A stretch of 64,000 bases of DNA from Okamejei kenojei (taxonomy: Eukaryota), in the NCBI GenBank assembly GCA_035221665.1, contig CM069158.1, forward strand, positions 17,050,001 to 17,114,000, read 5' to 3'. This document shows positions 24,681-39,202 of the stretch, piece after piece. Every line of letters starts with the position of its first letter. The first letter of the stretch is position 1. The notes under the pieces are model-generated. The model worked only from the letters and a program-made list of their open reading frames with translations, had not been told where the DNA came from and searched no databases. Both the position numbers and the translations under genes were made by a program.

Positions 24681-27600
24681 AAATTATGGCTCAAAAAAGG
24701 AGCAGGAACCCTTTCCACCTCGTCCCCAATATGGTCCTTCAAGTGATTCAGGTTCAGATTAGTCAGATACGCCAGGCTGCATGAAATGACCTGTCACATG
24801 AAGCTCAGACAGTACACAGTACACATGGTAATGATCGATACAATAATAAATATGACAAATGGACAGCAGGTACAAAGATCGTAGAGATTGTAGTTCAATC
24901 TGATCATGGTCCACTCGAGATCCTGGAGTTAGAGGACGGAATCCTGCCAGTCCACCTGAGAAAGAAAGAGAAGCGCAGAAAGAGGGCACTTTGTTCTATG
25001 GAATGTGTCAGCAGAGATCGCCCTCCCTTCCAAAATGGCTGCCCAACAATCAATTTCCACGACCTGTTTGAGCTATGTGTTCATGAGCCCAAGCATTTGG
25101 ATGTGCCGGATTTTAAGAATGTGGTAAAATGTTGCCTGAAATTGTGCCACTTTGCTGGTACCTGCCACCTTTTAAAGAAAGATTGTGCCACGCTCTCAGA
25201 TGAGTCAAAAGCTGTGACTTCTCACAATGCTTTAAATATCCAATCAGAGCAATGCTGGATTTTCCCATTGAATCGTTTTCCATGGTATCTGATCACCTCC
25301 ATTCGGGGCAGGCTACGGGACAGGAGCTGGGATGAGGAATTGGAGTGGGCGGCTCTTTCTCAGCTTTTTCCCATGGTGATCCAGGAGATGGAGGTTTCTC
25401 TGGTATCACGAGTATTGGCGATGGGAGACAATCTTGTGCCATTGTTTAGATTTAGTCTACATCATTAGCTCCATTGAACTTGAGCTTCTGTGACTTCTGT
25501 GAGCAGTGTGCGAAATTTGCCTGGATCTGAATCATAGCATTTTACCGCCGGATCATGTTGGTATGTTCCCAGGGTCTTATTAACTCTGGAGTTAATCCCA
25601 TGCAAGTTTAGATCTATGACCTTTGTCCGCACTCCCAGATAAAATTGAGTTTGGAGTACTAATTAGATGAGACTATGTCTCTACAAAGTGACGTACTCAG
25701 TGCACTGTGGAAGAGTGATCTGATGTGGTCTGGATCTTGTTTACCCTTCTGATCATTGTGCAGCATCGGTGAATTTCATATATCACGCAGTTGAAAGTTT
25801 AACGGTAATTCTTTGGAGATTTTACAACCAAAACATTATCAAAATAATAATAGTATTATTAATCACAAGCACAGGAAATGGGATTGCAATGTGAAATATT
25901 GCCCGATGAATACTTCCACTGCGAACTTAGCTGTAGATCCCAATAATACGATGAAGTGTCTGAGAATTGGAAAACCAGTCAGAAACATGGTGGTGGTTGC
26001 CTGTCCTGACGAAGGTGATTTAAATTTGCGTTTCCACTTCTGGTTGCATGTTTACCTGAAGGCGTATTCATGTAGCCTGTCTCCACTTCTAATGGCCATA
26101 CAATCTGTCTGCACACTGTCTTCAAACTCTTGGTGCATGCCTTCCCTTTACAGTTTTCACCCAATGCAGACAAGCTCTGTGTTTCTCTTACTGTCATCAT
26201 TGATAACTCAATACAGCCCTTCCAGTGGTGTTGCACCCTTCCACATCATTAGTCAGCTAGTACAGCCAATCGTTTGGTGCAGCACGCTAATCATGTATTG
26301 TCTTTCCACTGACTGGTTAGCACGCAACTGTGCCTCGGTACATGTGACAATAAACTTAACTGAACTCAAACCCAAACCCAAACACAACTGCCTCCCCAAT
26401 AGTCACCCAATACTGCTAATCCCTTGATTCATCACGCTCCCTGCCATTGGCCTCCAAACATGGTTAGTCCTTCAGAACCACCTCCCCACAACATGGAAAG
26501 AGCAAAATGTGTTATTACTCAATTGGGTGATTCAAACAAGTTTCCTTTAACTCCCATCATATTAATAGTAAAAACGCTTATAATTTAATCCCTGTGGGTT
26601 TTCTCAGGAAAGATTATGTGTGCAAAAGTAGAAACAGCAATAGACACTGGAGGAGCTCAGTGGGTCAGGCAGCGTCCCTGGAGAACATGGATGGGTAATG
26701 TTTCGGGTCGGGATCTTTCATCAAACTGAAGCAGGTCTTTAAGTCTGAAAAGGATCGCAATCTGAAATGTCATCTATCCGTGCTCTTCAGGGATGTTGTC
26801 TGACCCGCTGAGTTACTCAAGCTGGTTGTGTCCTCTTGTTTTGTTAATCTTCATTCTTAGGCAAATCAAGTCCTTGCCTTCAATCCCCGGGAGCATTGCA
26901 TTCCTTCTCTAGTTGTTACCCGAGACAGACAATCTCTCAGTGTTTATCTTTCCCCCTCATGGGGCACCCAATACAGCCCATCGTTTGGGCTGTATTGTTC
27001 CCTCCCACCCGCCTGATTGTAAACCAGCAGCAAACAGAAATGCATCAGCATCCAGCCAAAAGAACACAAAATAATCAGGATTGTGTTAAAAGTTAAGGCT
27101 CGTGAGAAGTTGCACTTTGTGACCAAAGTTGTCAATTCATTGCAGCAAAAAGTTCCTTCAGTTTGAACCCTTCCTCCAGGGTTGAGGACTACACTCGGGC
27201 ACCCTCTAGTGGCGGGTTTGCAAATAACTCCATAGCAGAGCTGTGCCTAAAATCTCTGGTGCATCCTAACGAGCGCGCTGGGTGATGTAGCTGAGACGTT
27301 GAACCTGTTTGCGGCGAATGCCTAAATTCCAAGCCCAGGTCTGCAACATGGAGAAATGGTCCCAAGAGTGTTTATGATGGAGGCGGAGCTCAGTTAAGCG
27401 GACAGTGATGGGGATAACGGAGATCAGGACCTCTGTTGTGGGACTCAGCAAGTCATCGATTCCGACAGCACGGAACTAGACCTTTCAGTCCAATTCATCC
27501 ATACTGACCAGGTTTTATAATTGGGCCAGTCCTATTTGCTTGGGTTTGGCCCTGGGATTGAAAGGAGATTAGTAGGTTGTTGGTCGGGACATTGATTTGC

Positions 27601-28889
27601 GATGGGGAGAGGGAGACATTGTGGGAGCGGACCAAGATATATTTCTTCCTTCAGAAGAATACCAATTTAGCACAGTACTGTAAAGACCCAGTTCTCTCGT
27701 TGGTTATCAACGCCTCCATCACCTCCAGCACCTGGTTATGCGGCAACAAACATGGGCAGATCTGCCTTGTACGGCATCCAACATTCCGGGTGCAGCCCAT
27801 CTTCTGCCCCACTGCCAAACGTTCAGAGCAAATGATAAATCTACTTCTCTCAAAATACAAAACTGAAATTTGTAAATCCAGTGTGGCTGAACCTGTTGAG
27901 CAGCCCTGTCGTGGATCAAACAGAGTGTCTGTTAATTCACGCTTTGCCCTGTAGTTGATTCTCCGCTTGACAGAACTACTCAGCATTTTCAAAGTAAGCT
28001 GTGGCATCTGCTGCTTGAATTTGGAGAGCTACGGTTAAGCTGGATGACAGTGAGTTTCAGATTAAGTTGGGAAATGCAACTAATTAAAATGATTGTCACC
28101 TCCTGTTCTAAATTTTCTAAATGTTGCCACGCTCCTCCTGTTGTTTAATTTTGATTACAAAGTTTCCTGAAGTTCCTTCTGCTGGAAACTCAAGTGAGAG
28201 TTGTGGTCCTCTTCCTGGCCGTCCTGAGCCCACAAGCCGTGCTGTGCAGAGGATGCTGCTCAGCAATGAAATACATCTTTGCCCAATTTCCTTCCTTCAT
28301 CTCTTCGAAATAGAAAGGAACTGAATTTTTGTGATTTGGCTCATCAAGATTCAAGAGAGTTTATTGTCATGTGTCCCAGATAGGACAATGAAAATCTTGC
28401 TTTGCTTCAGCACAACAGAATATAGGCATGAATACAGAACAGATCAGTGTGTCCATATACCATTGTATAAATATATGCACACATGAATAAATAAAACAGA
28501 TAAACAGTGCAATTAAACAGATAATGGGCTCTCATTCAACTCTCACAGTTTAAGAGGAAGATAATTCAACCCACATTCCAAATCCCAAATGCAACCCATA
28601 AACATCAGTGGCACAGATCAGGAATCAGCCTCAGGAGTAATATCTTGGTCTGTCATCACTCTCCCGCACGCTTCCTCACTAATTTACATATAAATGCTAG
28701 TTCCTGAGACCAGAGAGAGAAAGAGGGAATGGTGCTAACCAGAGTGGAAAGTAAACCAGTGTCGGCCAACATGGTGTAAGAGTGAGAAAGTAGCCAACAC
28801 CATGTTTGCAACACCATGACCATACCACTGAGAAATTCAAACCTCTCTCACCTGCTGAGGCCCAGATCTGATCACCACACTGTAGGGAG

Positions 28890-29325
28890 GATGTTTTGGC
28901 TGTGGAGAGAGGGCAGAGCATTCACCAGGATGTAGCCTGGATTGAAGGACACTATTTATGGGGAGTGATTGGATAGGCAGGGCTTCTCCATGGAATGGAG
29001 GAGATTGGATTGCCTTGTAGAGCAATATATGTAGTAGATAGGGTAGATAGTCTAAATAGTTCCCTTTGATGGAGATAACAAAAACAGAGGTCAAAGGTGT
29101 GTGAGAGAAAGAAGTATTAATGGGGATTTGAGACCTTTTTACAGAGGTATCTGTTAATATCTGGAAAGAGCTGCCAGTATTCAATTACGACATTTTAGAT
29201 GCATTTGGCCAGACACTTAATACATAAGGCAGGGAAGGGTATGGTCCTAATGCAGGGAAATAGAATGAGGTTTGCATGGATGTGATGGGCCAAATGGCCC
29301 ATTTCTGTGGTATGTGGCTCCATTC
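28890..29325 (+). mobile_element. Degenerate CR1-like LINE 3' fragment
   Basis: gagagggcagagcattcaccaggatg...tttttacagagg...ctggaaagagctgcca...gatgggccaaatggcccatttctgtg. Confidence 0.7.
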
Positions 29326-29976
29326 AAGTCAAATACCACTTTTGTGCACTGACACGTGCGCTCGACTATCTCACCCTCTCATACCCGTGCCTAATGTAGT
29401 GTAGGATTGCACTGAACGGTATACAAAAAATATTTTGTTGTACTTAGATACAAGTGACAGTAAAGTACCATTGCAGTATGACTCTATGGTGCCAGAGGAA
29501 TGGAATCACAGAATTAGACTGAGGCTTTAGGAAGTGGCGAAAACATTTAATTAACGTGAAAGAGAGGGACAAATGTTGCACCTCAGATTGGTGTGCTGCC
29601 TTGTACAGGCCGGTGGAAGTGTCTTCATGCCTGCCAGTAAGGTCAAGTCAGTCACCCCTACCCTGTTACTGGCCCGACAGATACCTTGTCACGAACGCCT
29701 CAAGGGTAAACATCCAGCTGTGGTCTGAGTTTTGGAAGCTGTCGAGCTCTGGACCTGGGAAGCTCTGCATTCCCCTCCCTCAAATGTGGCACGTGCCCTC
29801 CGGGGGGCAGTCTTCCTTTAACTGGAGGTCCACCAGCATTTTAAGAAGAATGAAATGTTTATAAGTCTGAAAACTTATCTTCTAAAATCTGCTTCTGCTG
29901 CTGAAGCCCGCAACCTGTCTTCTTCAACTAACGGCTCTTCTTTTTAATCTTATTTGCATTCATATTTTCCTCGCAG

Positions 29977-29994
29977 GTGGTACCCCGATACGAG
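29977..29994 (+). CDS. PTPRS: Microexon meA6 (18 nt, encodes GGTPIR)
   Basis: catattttcctcgcag|GTGGTACCCCGATACGAG|gtaaga, phase 1-1. GGTPIR is the known meA6 peptide. ACTAAC branch-like motif at 29927-29932 and TGC at 29955-29957. Confidence 0.95.
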
Positions 29995-32719
29995 GTAAGA
30001 ATGATGGAAGTCGGTGAACTCTCACCTTTCTTTGATTTACTTTTTCGTTCTTATTGCTTATCCTTTATATTTTCTTTCATTTTTGTTTAACAAAAGAATC
30101 GTCTTTTATTTCTGTCTGGTATTTTGTCGCCGTTTTGTCTCTTGTGTTTTTCTTTTAAACTTATATTAAATCAAACAAGATTTCTCTTATTCGATATGCT
30201 TTAACTGAAAGCATATCATAGCTTTGTGTGTCATACAGCCAGTCACAGCTCCATATTTGTCTCTCAGTGTCAGTCCCCACTCACCAAACCACTGAAATCT
30301 TTTCTCTCCTTTTACTTTTTAAGCTATTTTCTTTTATTTATTACGGAGGACCTTCCTGTGCGATTTCTATTGCGCAAAGGGTTACCTCCTGGGCAATCTG
30401 AGCCTCAACAGGGCCAGCTTAAGAGACAATTTTTTTAGCAGGCACATACTGATTATATATGTAGGCAAGTCATCATGGAGGAAGTGATGATCAGTGCCTC
30501 AGGAGATATACTTCCTGTCTCCATGTTGCCTCACTTCAAGTTAGAGTACTCGGTCGCGAAAACCCAGGAATGTCGGTGCCACAAGGATTTGCAAAACTTG
30601 TCGATAAAAATGAAATAGAAATTGTGTGCTTGGTATGTGTTATAAATGATTTTAATGAAATACAGTGTTCGAAGGTCTATGTTCTTTTTCATTGTAAGTC
30701 AAAAGAGTCTTACATAGGGTGTCCTTTGCCCACATCCAGCAGCTTCCCTCAGCGTTAGAAATGTCTGTGTGGTGTTCTACTCTCTGCATATCCAGGCGTG
30801 ATCTGGAATATAGTTTCAATACAAGGTGGCAACAAAATCAATCTCTCACCCAGTTCTCCAACAGTCAAGTAACTCTAAATGGTGCCTCCTACTCGTGGAC
30901 CATTTGTATGTCAGGGGCCCAGCCTTTGTTGGTGCTCAGGTTGGTGGGTGTAGCACTATAGTGAGCCAGTGTGCTCCTGGACTGGGCGAGGGAGCAACCT
31001 CCATCTGCAGCCTAGTCATCTGAGCAAGAGGACAAACTGGTTCATAAACTTCAGGCAAGGATAGAATCATTCAGATGTCCTGCAGCTCACAAGTCGAGGG
31101 AAGTGGTCCCCACTGGGCCTTGGGAAGTGATACCTCAGGAGCACTGCTCGACTGCCTTTCACAAGTAGGATGTCAAAGGTATGCGTGGAGAATGAATGAT
31201 TCAACCTACCAGAGGCAGGATTCAACCTGCCGTGTTTTCTTCATTGAATGAATTTTACTGGGATTTGACAAAACTGCTTTTCCATGGCTCCCGCATTCTC
31301 TATTTATGACCTCTGTTGCCATGATCAGCCTCCAACCTAAATAAATCACCTGGAGGTTGTCCACTGCCTGTTTAAATGGGAATATGTAGTGCCCCTGAGA
31401 TCCTCAGAGCCTTTAATTAAAAGTGCATATGATTCTCAAGGCTGGCAGTGAATCTTTCCCCTGCATTCTCCACACCCTTACAATGTGGTTAATACTTACT
31501 GAGAAAAGCTTTCCCCACCTTGCATCTGATAGCAGTGAGCCTGGTGGCAATTACTTGCCATCTCCATCACCACACTAATGTAAAATGTTCAATACACAGG
31601 GCTCCTTGCCAAGACTCCCGGCCTCCTGAACTGGGGGGGAGCTGCATGTCTCTGTCCTGAGTCTTGCAAATTGCTGGTGCAATCTCTTGACTGTTCCTCC
31701 AAATTCAGGCTAAGAGTTCATAGTTTACAGTTCCTTTCATAAAAGGCATCAGAATAGCAAACAGTCCTGAGAAGTCAAAATTCAGATAAGGGATGACAAC
31801 TGAAGAGAATGATGTAAGGATCCACAGTCTGGCCTAGGTTTATGAAAATAACCTGAGGAGTAAATTTCACTCTTTCAGAATTGAAAATAGAATAGTCCAT
31901 CTCAAGACCCTGTCTCTCATTCGGATCTGACTGCCATGGCTTCAAGTTGAGTTTTTCCCAGTGTCCCAAATAACAATGTTATTTGCCAGTGTGTTTTTCA
32001 CCATGGATTCGGAGAGGGGTCTTGGGCCAGAAACCAACTTTAGGGGTCAGAGGTCAAAGCTGCCCAAGCCACTAGTGAAGTATATGATCCCAATGCAGGC
32101 AAATGGGATGAGTATAGATAGACAATAAACGTTTGTATGGGTGTGGTGGACCAAAGGGTTTTGTTTCTTTGCTGTGTGACTCCATGCTGTATTCATGAGT
32201 ACTGCTTCTCTATTCAGGCTGCACTAACTGGTGCCTCTTGGGATGATTTGGTACTGCATTTTGTTGATCATAATCCCCACCAGCTAATGGAAGCAAGACC
32301 CACATCTCGCCGTAGATTACGCTACAGCTGACAGGGGCACGATTACTTTGGATTATTTGATCTGTCAATGAGCAGTGTTGAATTGTGCAACTTTGATAAT
32401 AAATATAAACACACAATCTTGGGTTAGAGAGGCACAATCTTCCAGCTCGTCCTGGAGTCTGCAGATGAAAATTTAGAGCAGAAAAGATAACCCTCTCTGC
32501 ATTTGGATAAAAGAGCTCATCTCTCCTCAGCGCCAAGTTAACCCTTCATCAGCTGTTTTTTTCTGACAGACAGTGCAATGCTCTTGAGTAAACATTGCAT
32601 TGTGAGGTTCAGGCAGGATATGGAAGGAAGGACAGATGGAAAGTGCAGCCATTTCTGCAAACTGTATGTGAGAACCGCTGAGGTTTTAATTCCTTCTGCT
32701 GCCGTTTGTTTCCACACAG

Positions 32720-32830
32720 GTGCTCTGCAGATCGAGAACAGCGAAGAAACTGACCAGGGGAAATATGAATGTGTGGCGTCGAACAACGCTGGGGTGCGGT
32801 ACTCTCCTCCCGCTAATCTATACGTGAGAG
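32720..32830 (+). CDS. PTPRS: Exon encoding the second part of Ig2
   Basis: tttccacacag|GTGCT ... GAGAG|gtaggg, 111 nt. Encodes (G)[44 protein letters not shown] and AGVRYS are PTPRS-like. Confidence 0.96.
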
Positions 32831-33149
32831 GTAGGGAGCGGCTGATTACTCAGCACCCTCTCACTAGAGGGTGCTGGGCTCTAGCAGAACCCAAGTCTAT
32901 CAACATCTAGTGCTTGAATGTTCCACTGAAGTAGCACAGCACAGGGGCGTATATCCTGCATCTCATAAATTCGGATAATCAACACCTCGCAGCTCCCCGT
33001 TCTGATCTCCAATTCTGCAGCAAGAAGGATATTTTATATAAATCCCAGAGGAACCTGATTGTAAGGATGAAGGAAATTATATTCTTAAGTCTGCAATTCA
33101 GTTAAATATATCAAACACTTCAATACACTTGGTTACGATTTTCAAGGTA

Positions 33150-33462
33150 GGCACAGTGTAGCACAGCTGGTAGAGCTTCTACCTCAAGAGCACCAACAAC
33201 CCGTGTTCAATCCTGGCCTCTGGTGCAGTCTGTGTGGAGTGCGCACATCTTCCCCGTGACCTCGTGCGTTTTCTATGATTGCTGCAGTTTACTGGTACAT
33301 CACAAGTTAATTGGTCACTGTAAATCGCCCCCCGTATGTAGATGGGAAAATTGAGTGAAAATTAATGGGATTAATGTAAGCTTAGTGTAAATGGGTGCTT
33401 GATGGGTGGAACGGGCTCAGTGGACTGAAGGGCCTGTTTCCATGCAGAATAACTCAATGATT
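33150..33462 (+). mobile_element. Degenerate V-SINE
   Basis: ggcacagtgtagcacagctggtagagc...gttcaatcctggcctc...gaagggcctgtttccatg. Confidence 0.78.
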
Positions 33463-36400
33463 CTTTTGACGTGGGCTTGGCCTTGGGAGGGGCAGGAGTT
33501 GAATGGATCCATGAATTAATGCAAGCTGATTAGCTAAAAAAGAGCTGATGAAGCCTTGCAGAACTGATCAGGATGAGGGGATTTATACAACGCACAGGGT
33601 GCGGGCAGCAGGATGTCAAGGTGGCGGGTGAAATATAATTAGGATGTGCTTCCAACAGGATATATGGTGATAGTGAACAAGGACAAGAACTCCAAACTCC
33701 CTCTCTGACCCGGGTATACCACTACCAATTTCATCCCCCCCGACTGAATAATTCACTGATCAGAAACTGTGACTTTTCGTTGAAACAAATCGTTCCAGGT
33801 CCTGAGTGTTCTTAATCACGATTAAAATTTAAGAGAGATAAAGATTCTGTCATCTGTTAATCATCGAGAGAGGGAAGAGCAAACAAAAAGGAACAATAGA
33901 GTATAGTTCACATTCATCATGGCCATATGTTGTTATACCAAAAGTGGTTGCTACATTGGCTCTTTCAGTATAGTTACAATAATGCTGGATAGTTGCTTCT
34001 TCACATCACTCTGAATTTACGTGATATACGCCCCTGTTCTGTCTGAAGCTAGGATTGTAGGTAGTGAAGGAACAAGCTTAATCGTCTTTTTGTGTAACTT
34101 GTGATTCTTGCATATCAGTAAGGTCAGTTGAAGGATTAGTTCAGGATTTAAAAAATCTTCAGATCTCACTGGATCTCGATCCATTCCAGCTCCAGCCATC
34201 TTTGTCCTGTGAGGGCATTGAAACGTATAAGGTGGGCATGAGTATGTAACGATTCCTTTCCATTTTTGATGCAGCCATCCTATCCCATTGTATCAAAAAT
34301 CTGGACGGGGAAATAGTGGCTCCTCTCAATGATGGCCACCAATGACCATGCCCCTGTTGGGATCATGCCCTGTGAAAGCAAAACATGATCTGTTTCCAAA
34401 TTGAATAAGAAAAAAATAGCAATACATATTATGATGTCCATGAGCTTCATAAAAATTTCAATCTACCACAAAATCTAGGGGGGGAATCATTTTCCAAACG
34501 TTTCCAAGGGGCTGACAAAGATTGACCTCACCAGTTGGAATGGAAGAAAGCACCAGTGGAATTTTTCAAACTGTGTTAAAAGTATTGTTCATTCTCATAT
34601 CTTTGAGATTATAATTTCTGATATTCTTTTCATCATTTGGCCTTTGACCCAGAGATTGTTGAAAATGGAGGAGTGGAAGAGGATTATTAAATAATGAGGC
34701 TTGAGTAATTTTTCATGGTTTGTGTAGATTAGTTATAATCTTTCTGTCAGGCTGGAAGCTATCATTTGTCCATCTGGATGCCTCCAGATGTGACAGCATA
34801 ACTATCAACTGGGAACTGCCTACTGCTAAATCGACAATTAAAGCCAATAGTTAGATCAAGAAGCTGAGAAGGGTCGATGGTAAAATATAATATTTATTCC
34901 CATTTCTGGATAAACAGCTTATTGAAGTCCCGTGATGCTGACAGTTCTCACATTCTGGAGGAACACCTGTCCCTGGCCCAGTTCAGTTAATCCCAGATAC
35001 GATGCCTGTGTTAAAAAGTAACTGTTTCTGAACCAGATCCTTTTTGGACACGGCAACTGGACTTTGTGTTGAAATGTTTTTAAGGACATAGGACTCCCTG
35101 TTAAGTTACATCTGCTTGAAGTGTATTGATATTTCTTCCTAACTTGTGTTGTCATTTTGAGGGAGACTAAATGGCAGGCACTAAATGTGTTTGCTCTATG
35201 GCCAGTGAAGTGCTGGTTGCAGACAGCTAGGCAGGCAGGGGACATTTATGCAGTATGTGGTCCACTTCAAAGCATCTCCAGGAACAACTGCAAGGACATA
35301 CAATTCATTAGTGATTACTGTGGTTAGTATGTGTTCTGGCAGAGAGTAACGGTGTGTATTTAGAGATTTAGGGTGTGTGTGTTTCTGTTTGCATACATAC
35401 TATCCAATGGAGCCCTGCTTCCACTTGTCCCTGACCCCCCAGTCAAACCAAGACCCAGTCTATTAGGACTATGTTGGTAGCTACTGTGTAACTGCTACCC
35501 CATGTTAAAATAACTCGCACAGGCATCCTCCATTCTTATGGAATGGAGTGAAAGCATTCCTCGATCCAGAGGATTTGCTAAGAGGAGGAGGCAAAGAAGA
35601 AGATGACCAGATGGCTTCTGCCTTTAGAGAAAATCCTTTAACTACCTGCATGTTACATGGGAGCCCTTGATGTAGGCAAATCTAAGTTAGGTAAGTGCAT
35701 CCTCGTTGTTTCTGAGCTGTCATTGGAGGCATTTACTCCAGTGATTAACCAGGACAAAGTATCCAACAATATCAGAGTCTGGGAGAAGATAAAGAAAATA
35801 AAGACGTGGATAATTGCTGGTACCCAACTGTGGCATAATGAAATTGTCGAAGTGATTGCAGAGCTGCACATGGTCACCACCTTAAACAGCAAGACCAAAG
35901 CCTCAAGCTGTATGTAAATAGTATTCAAAAGCAGACAACATCAAAAACTGTGATGAAAGATGAAACTCACATTGTTGCTCATGGATGTCTCTTCATGCAG
36001 TGAAGTCTAGAAATGATTGTTAAAATATATCTCAATTTAAGCCTCCCTAGCTTGTGTTGGAGGAATGCCTGGTCTCATCTTGGTGCCTCGCCACCTGATA
36101 CGTTTGTTGGTGCAGCCGTGGCTATCTGTACTTCATGTGGTCTGAAACTATCAAGGTGGAACTAGTGATCACAGGAGAGGAATGGATTTGAACCTCATCA
36201 AGGCAAATAGCATCTATATAGGATATTCCCATTTTCTATACTTTATGCAGCTGCTAAATCCACAATCATGCCTGGTGTACGACCTCAGAAGAATCAAGAT
36301 TCACGACTTAACTCATTCACAAGATTTTAACAATGCACATGTGCTGTTTTTAATGGTATTTTTTCCTGACCTCTTTGAATATCTTATTCTTCCACACGGA

Positions 36401-39190
36401 AGCTTATTTGAGCAGAAGCTTTATTTGATGCAAAAAGTGCATATGCTGGCAATCTGAAAAGCAACCAGAAAATGGTGGAAATGCTCAACAAGTCGGCTTG
36501 CATCTGTAGAGAGAGAACTTGAGGATATTTCAAGAGAACTGTAGGCTCTTGAGTGGCTGTACGATTTCAGCCAAAGTCGATGTACTTTGTGACCCTGCTA
36601 CATGAAACTGCCCAAATTAATAACTGAATTTTAAACAGTTTTGTGCCATGTTTGTCAAGTCCTGTGACGGCTGAGTTGGAGTTTGACTCGGAGTTTGGGA
36701 ATCTGTGACAGCTATCAAAGAGCTAACATTCATCTAAGCCAGGGTTCTCGCTGTAATCCTGGCGATGAAGGCAGAGCAGTTAGTCTACAAAGCCCTGTCC
36801 CTCTTTCCCATCAACAACACTGCAATGCCAAGTTGTGTACAGAATTGGTTAATGCAAGAGTCTGCTCTGTTTGAGGTACTACTGTCTTAAAAAGTACATG
36901 ATATAGCATGTTTGATTCAGAAGGTAGTGGCTATATCACATCATCATGGTTATTGGGTGTTGAGAACATTATCCAAAATAACACCTCGTTACTTTCAACC
37001 ATTTTGGATTCCTCTCAAATCCACATCTGGCTTGTCCTGCCAACCGTACGTTCCAGAACGGCAGAGATCCATTTTAATAGAACAGCAACATTTTGAAAAT
37101 GAGAAGACTCTTAATTTTGCATTAAGGGGCCTGATCTATCAAATTGGTTTAACGTGATAGATCCTGTTTGTTTCTCAGAACTTATTCTCCTTTGTATTAT
37201 TTGAAAACTTGTCTCGGCTACAAAGCTGAATTGAAGAAGAACCACGCAGTAAGTCAATATCTTAAAGTTCAAAGGGGGAGAAAGAAGAATATACAGAAAG
37301 AAAGAAAGAAGAGGAATTGTGGAATTCTAGAGGACATGGAGACCTTTCAGCCTCTTGTGCCTGTGTGTGTCGTTCCTTTTAAGCATCATCCACTTAATCT
37401 CATCCCCCTGCTCTGATGTCATAGTCCGTCTCAATGTTTAGACAATGGAAGCTGTGGGTGTGGGCCAATCTTCCTCATCCACGATGTAGTCAAACTTTGC
37501 AGAGCAATTTACACTGGAAGGGGGCCTGTAAGTTTTGGGAAGACTTATAAAACTGTGGCCAATGGAGAGAGATAGAACAGGTGCAAATACCTAGTGTGTG
37601 TTGCTTGCTTTAATGATTAGAAGTGGAGATCAGTGCACTTCTGGGAGTGAAGACTTTGATATACTCCCAGTTTTTCCTATGGCCTTCAGATCTTTTCGAC
37701 TGAAAAAGACCATCATGTCTGCTCATATCCTCTGCCTCTCTTTGTAGAGACTGTGTGATCTCTGAGGCTTGTCTTCACACCCGCATTCTGTTAATCTAGT
37801 CTCTATTCCTCTAACAGTACACAGCTATTTCAGACCTCACTGTCACTATGTTGTAACAACTAATAATTTGAAAGTGATGAAATGACAACACAAAGGGGAA
37901 ATATTAATGCAGAATATTAACATAATGGCTCTGGTGTAAGTAGAGCAGCATTCCCAGTTGAGAGTTATGAATTTAGTCCATAGACTGTCAATTAACTAGA
38001 GTACAGATTGTTGAAAATATTAACTTCCTTGCCTGGTTTATGTGTAAAGTACCACTCACGGCTTAAGGAAGTAATTTGTTTTGTTAGAATTGTTTTATTT
38101 TATCTCAAATGCATGCAAACTATCAACAGCCTGAGCTCTGTCTTCAAGAGATGAAATAGTGACAAAGGCAATGATTTGGCCATAGCTTTGGGGGCTGTTG
38201 TTTGACGGTCTCTTCATCCTCCTGAAGATCTGGACTCTAAGGGTTCGAAGGTCATGGATGAAGTTTACTGGAAGGAAAAATAATATGCCATTTGAAAAAT
38301 TCTGCTCTGAACTAGTGCCATTTAGACAAGTTATGATATTGGGAAAGAAACATAGATCCAATTGGATGGAGTGATGAAAGTTCTTTGGTGATGTATTGAA
38401 GATAACCCAAATGATTTTCTTTCCTGAAATTTTCAATTTTGAAAATAAAAAAATGTTCAGGGGGTGAACACTGAATCGCCCTCAGAGTCTTCCTCCCAAG
38501 TCTGCGACACATTACAGGGTTCTGCTGTGTTTGAAAGGATCTGTGACTGAGATGTGGGAGGAGCGAGCTCATTTCCTCCAGCGCCAAGCACGGGTTCTGT
38601 GTGTGGCGTGGGGCCTTGTCCAGAGGGCTTCAGGCTCAACACCGGCTTGGCGCAGAGGTTGAGAGCTGGAGTCAATCGCTCTCGCACGGCAAATGGGAAC
38701 AAAAAAAAAACCCCGCATCTCTTTCACTTCTTGCACCCACCTGCTCTGGCAGGGAGAGAACAAGCCCCAGGGGCCGAGCTGCAGGGAAAACAACAAAAGT
38801 GCTCATGGCAATCTTATTTCCAAGGAAACCCCTGTCAAATTTCCGACATCAACAGAAAGAGGTGAAGGAGATGGAAGGGGATAAATATTAAGTTATGAGT
38901 CGTAACCTAAACAAAAAGTCTTGTGTTAGTTTTCGTTTACTTTTTAATTTGATTTGTCAATGGAATTGTTTGAGTTAAAAGTCGGTTCCCTCAAAAGAAT
39001 GAACTATTGAGATGTCACGCAGAAAAAAAAATTGATTCTTGAAGGTCTAGGTGGAAAGGTCAAAGGTCGTTAGTGAGAGTAGATATTGCAGCTAAAAGCC
39101 TTGAAGAGGCCTTTTTACTCTCTCTGTGTTTCCCCTATTTCTCTTCTCCCCATGTCATTGTGTTCGCATCAAACCCCCTACATCCCTCAG

Positions 39191-39202
39191 AGCTACGAGA
39201 AG
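39191..39202 (+). CDS. PTPRS: Microexon meB (12 nt, encodes ELRE; Ig2-Ig3 linker)
   Basis: catccctcag|AGCTACGAGAAG|gttggt, phase 1-1. ELRE is the known meB peptide of PTPRS/PTPRD. An AG-free pyrimidine-rich zone of about 80 nt (39109-39188) lies upstream. Confidence 0.95.

Noticed and set aside
24998-26427. 156-aa and 204-aa ORFs
   Set aside because: No recognisable domain; partly overlap repeat tails; lengths attainable by chance.
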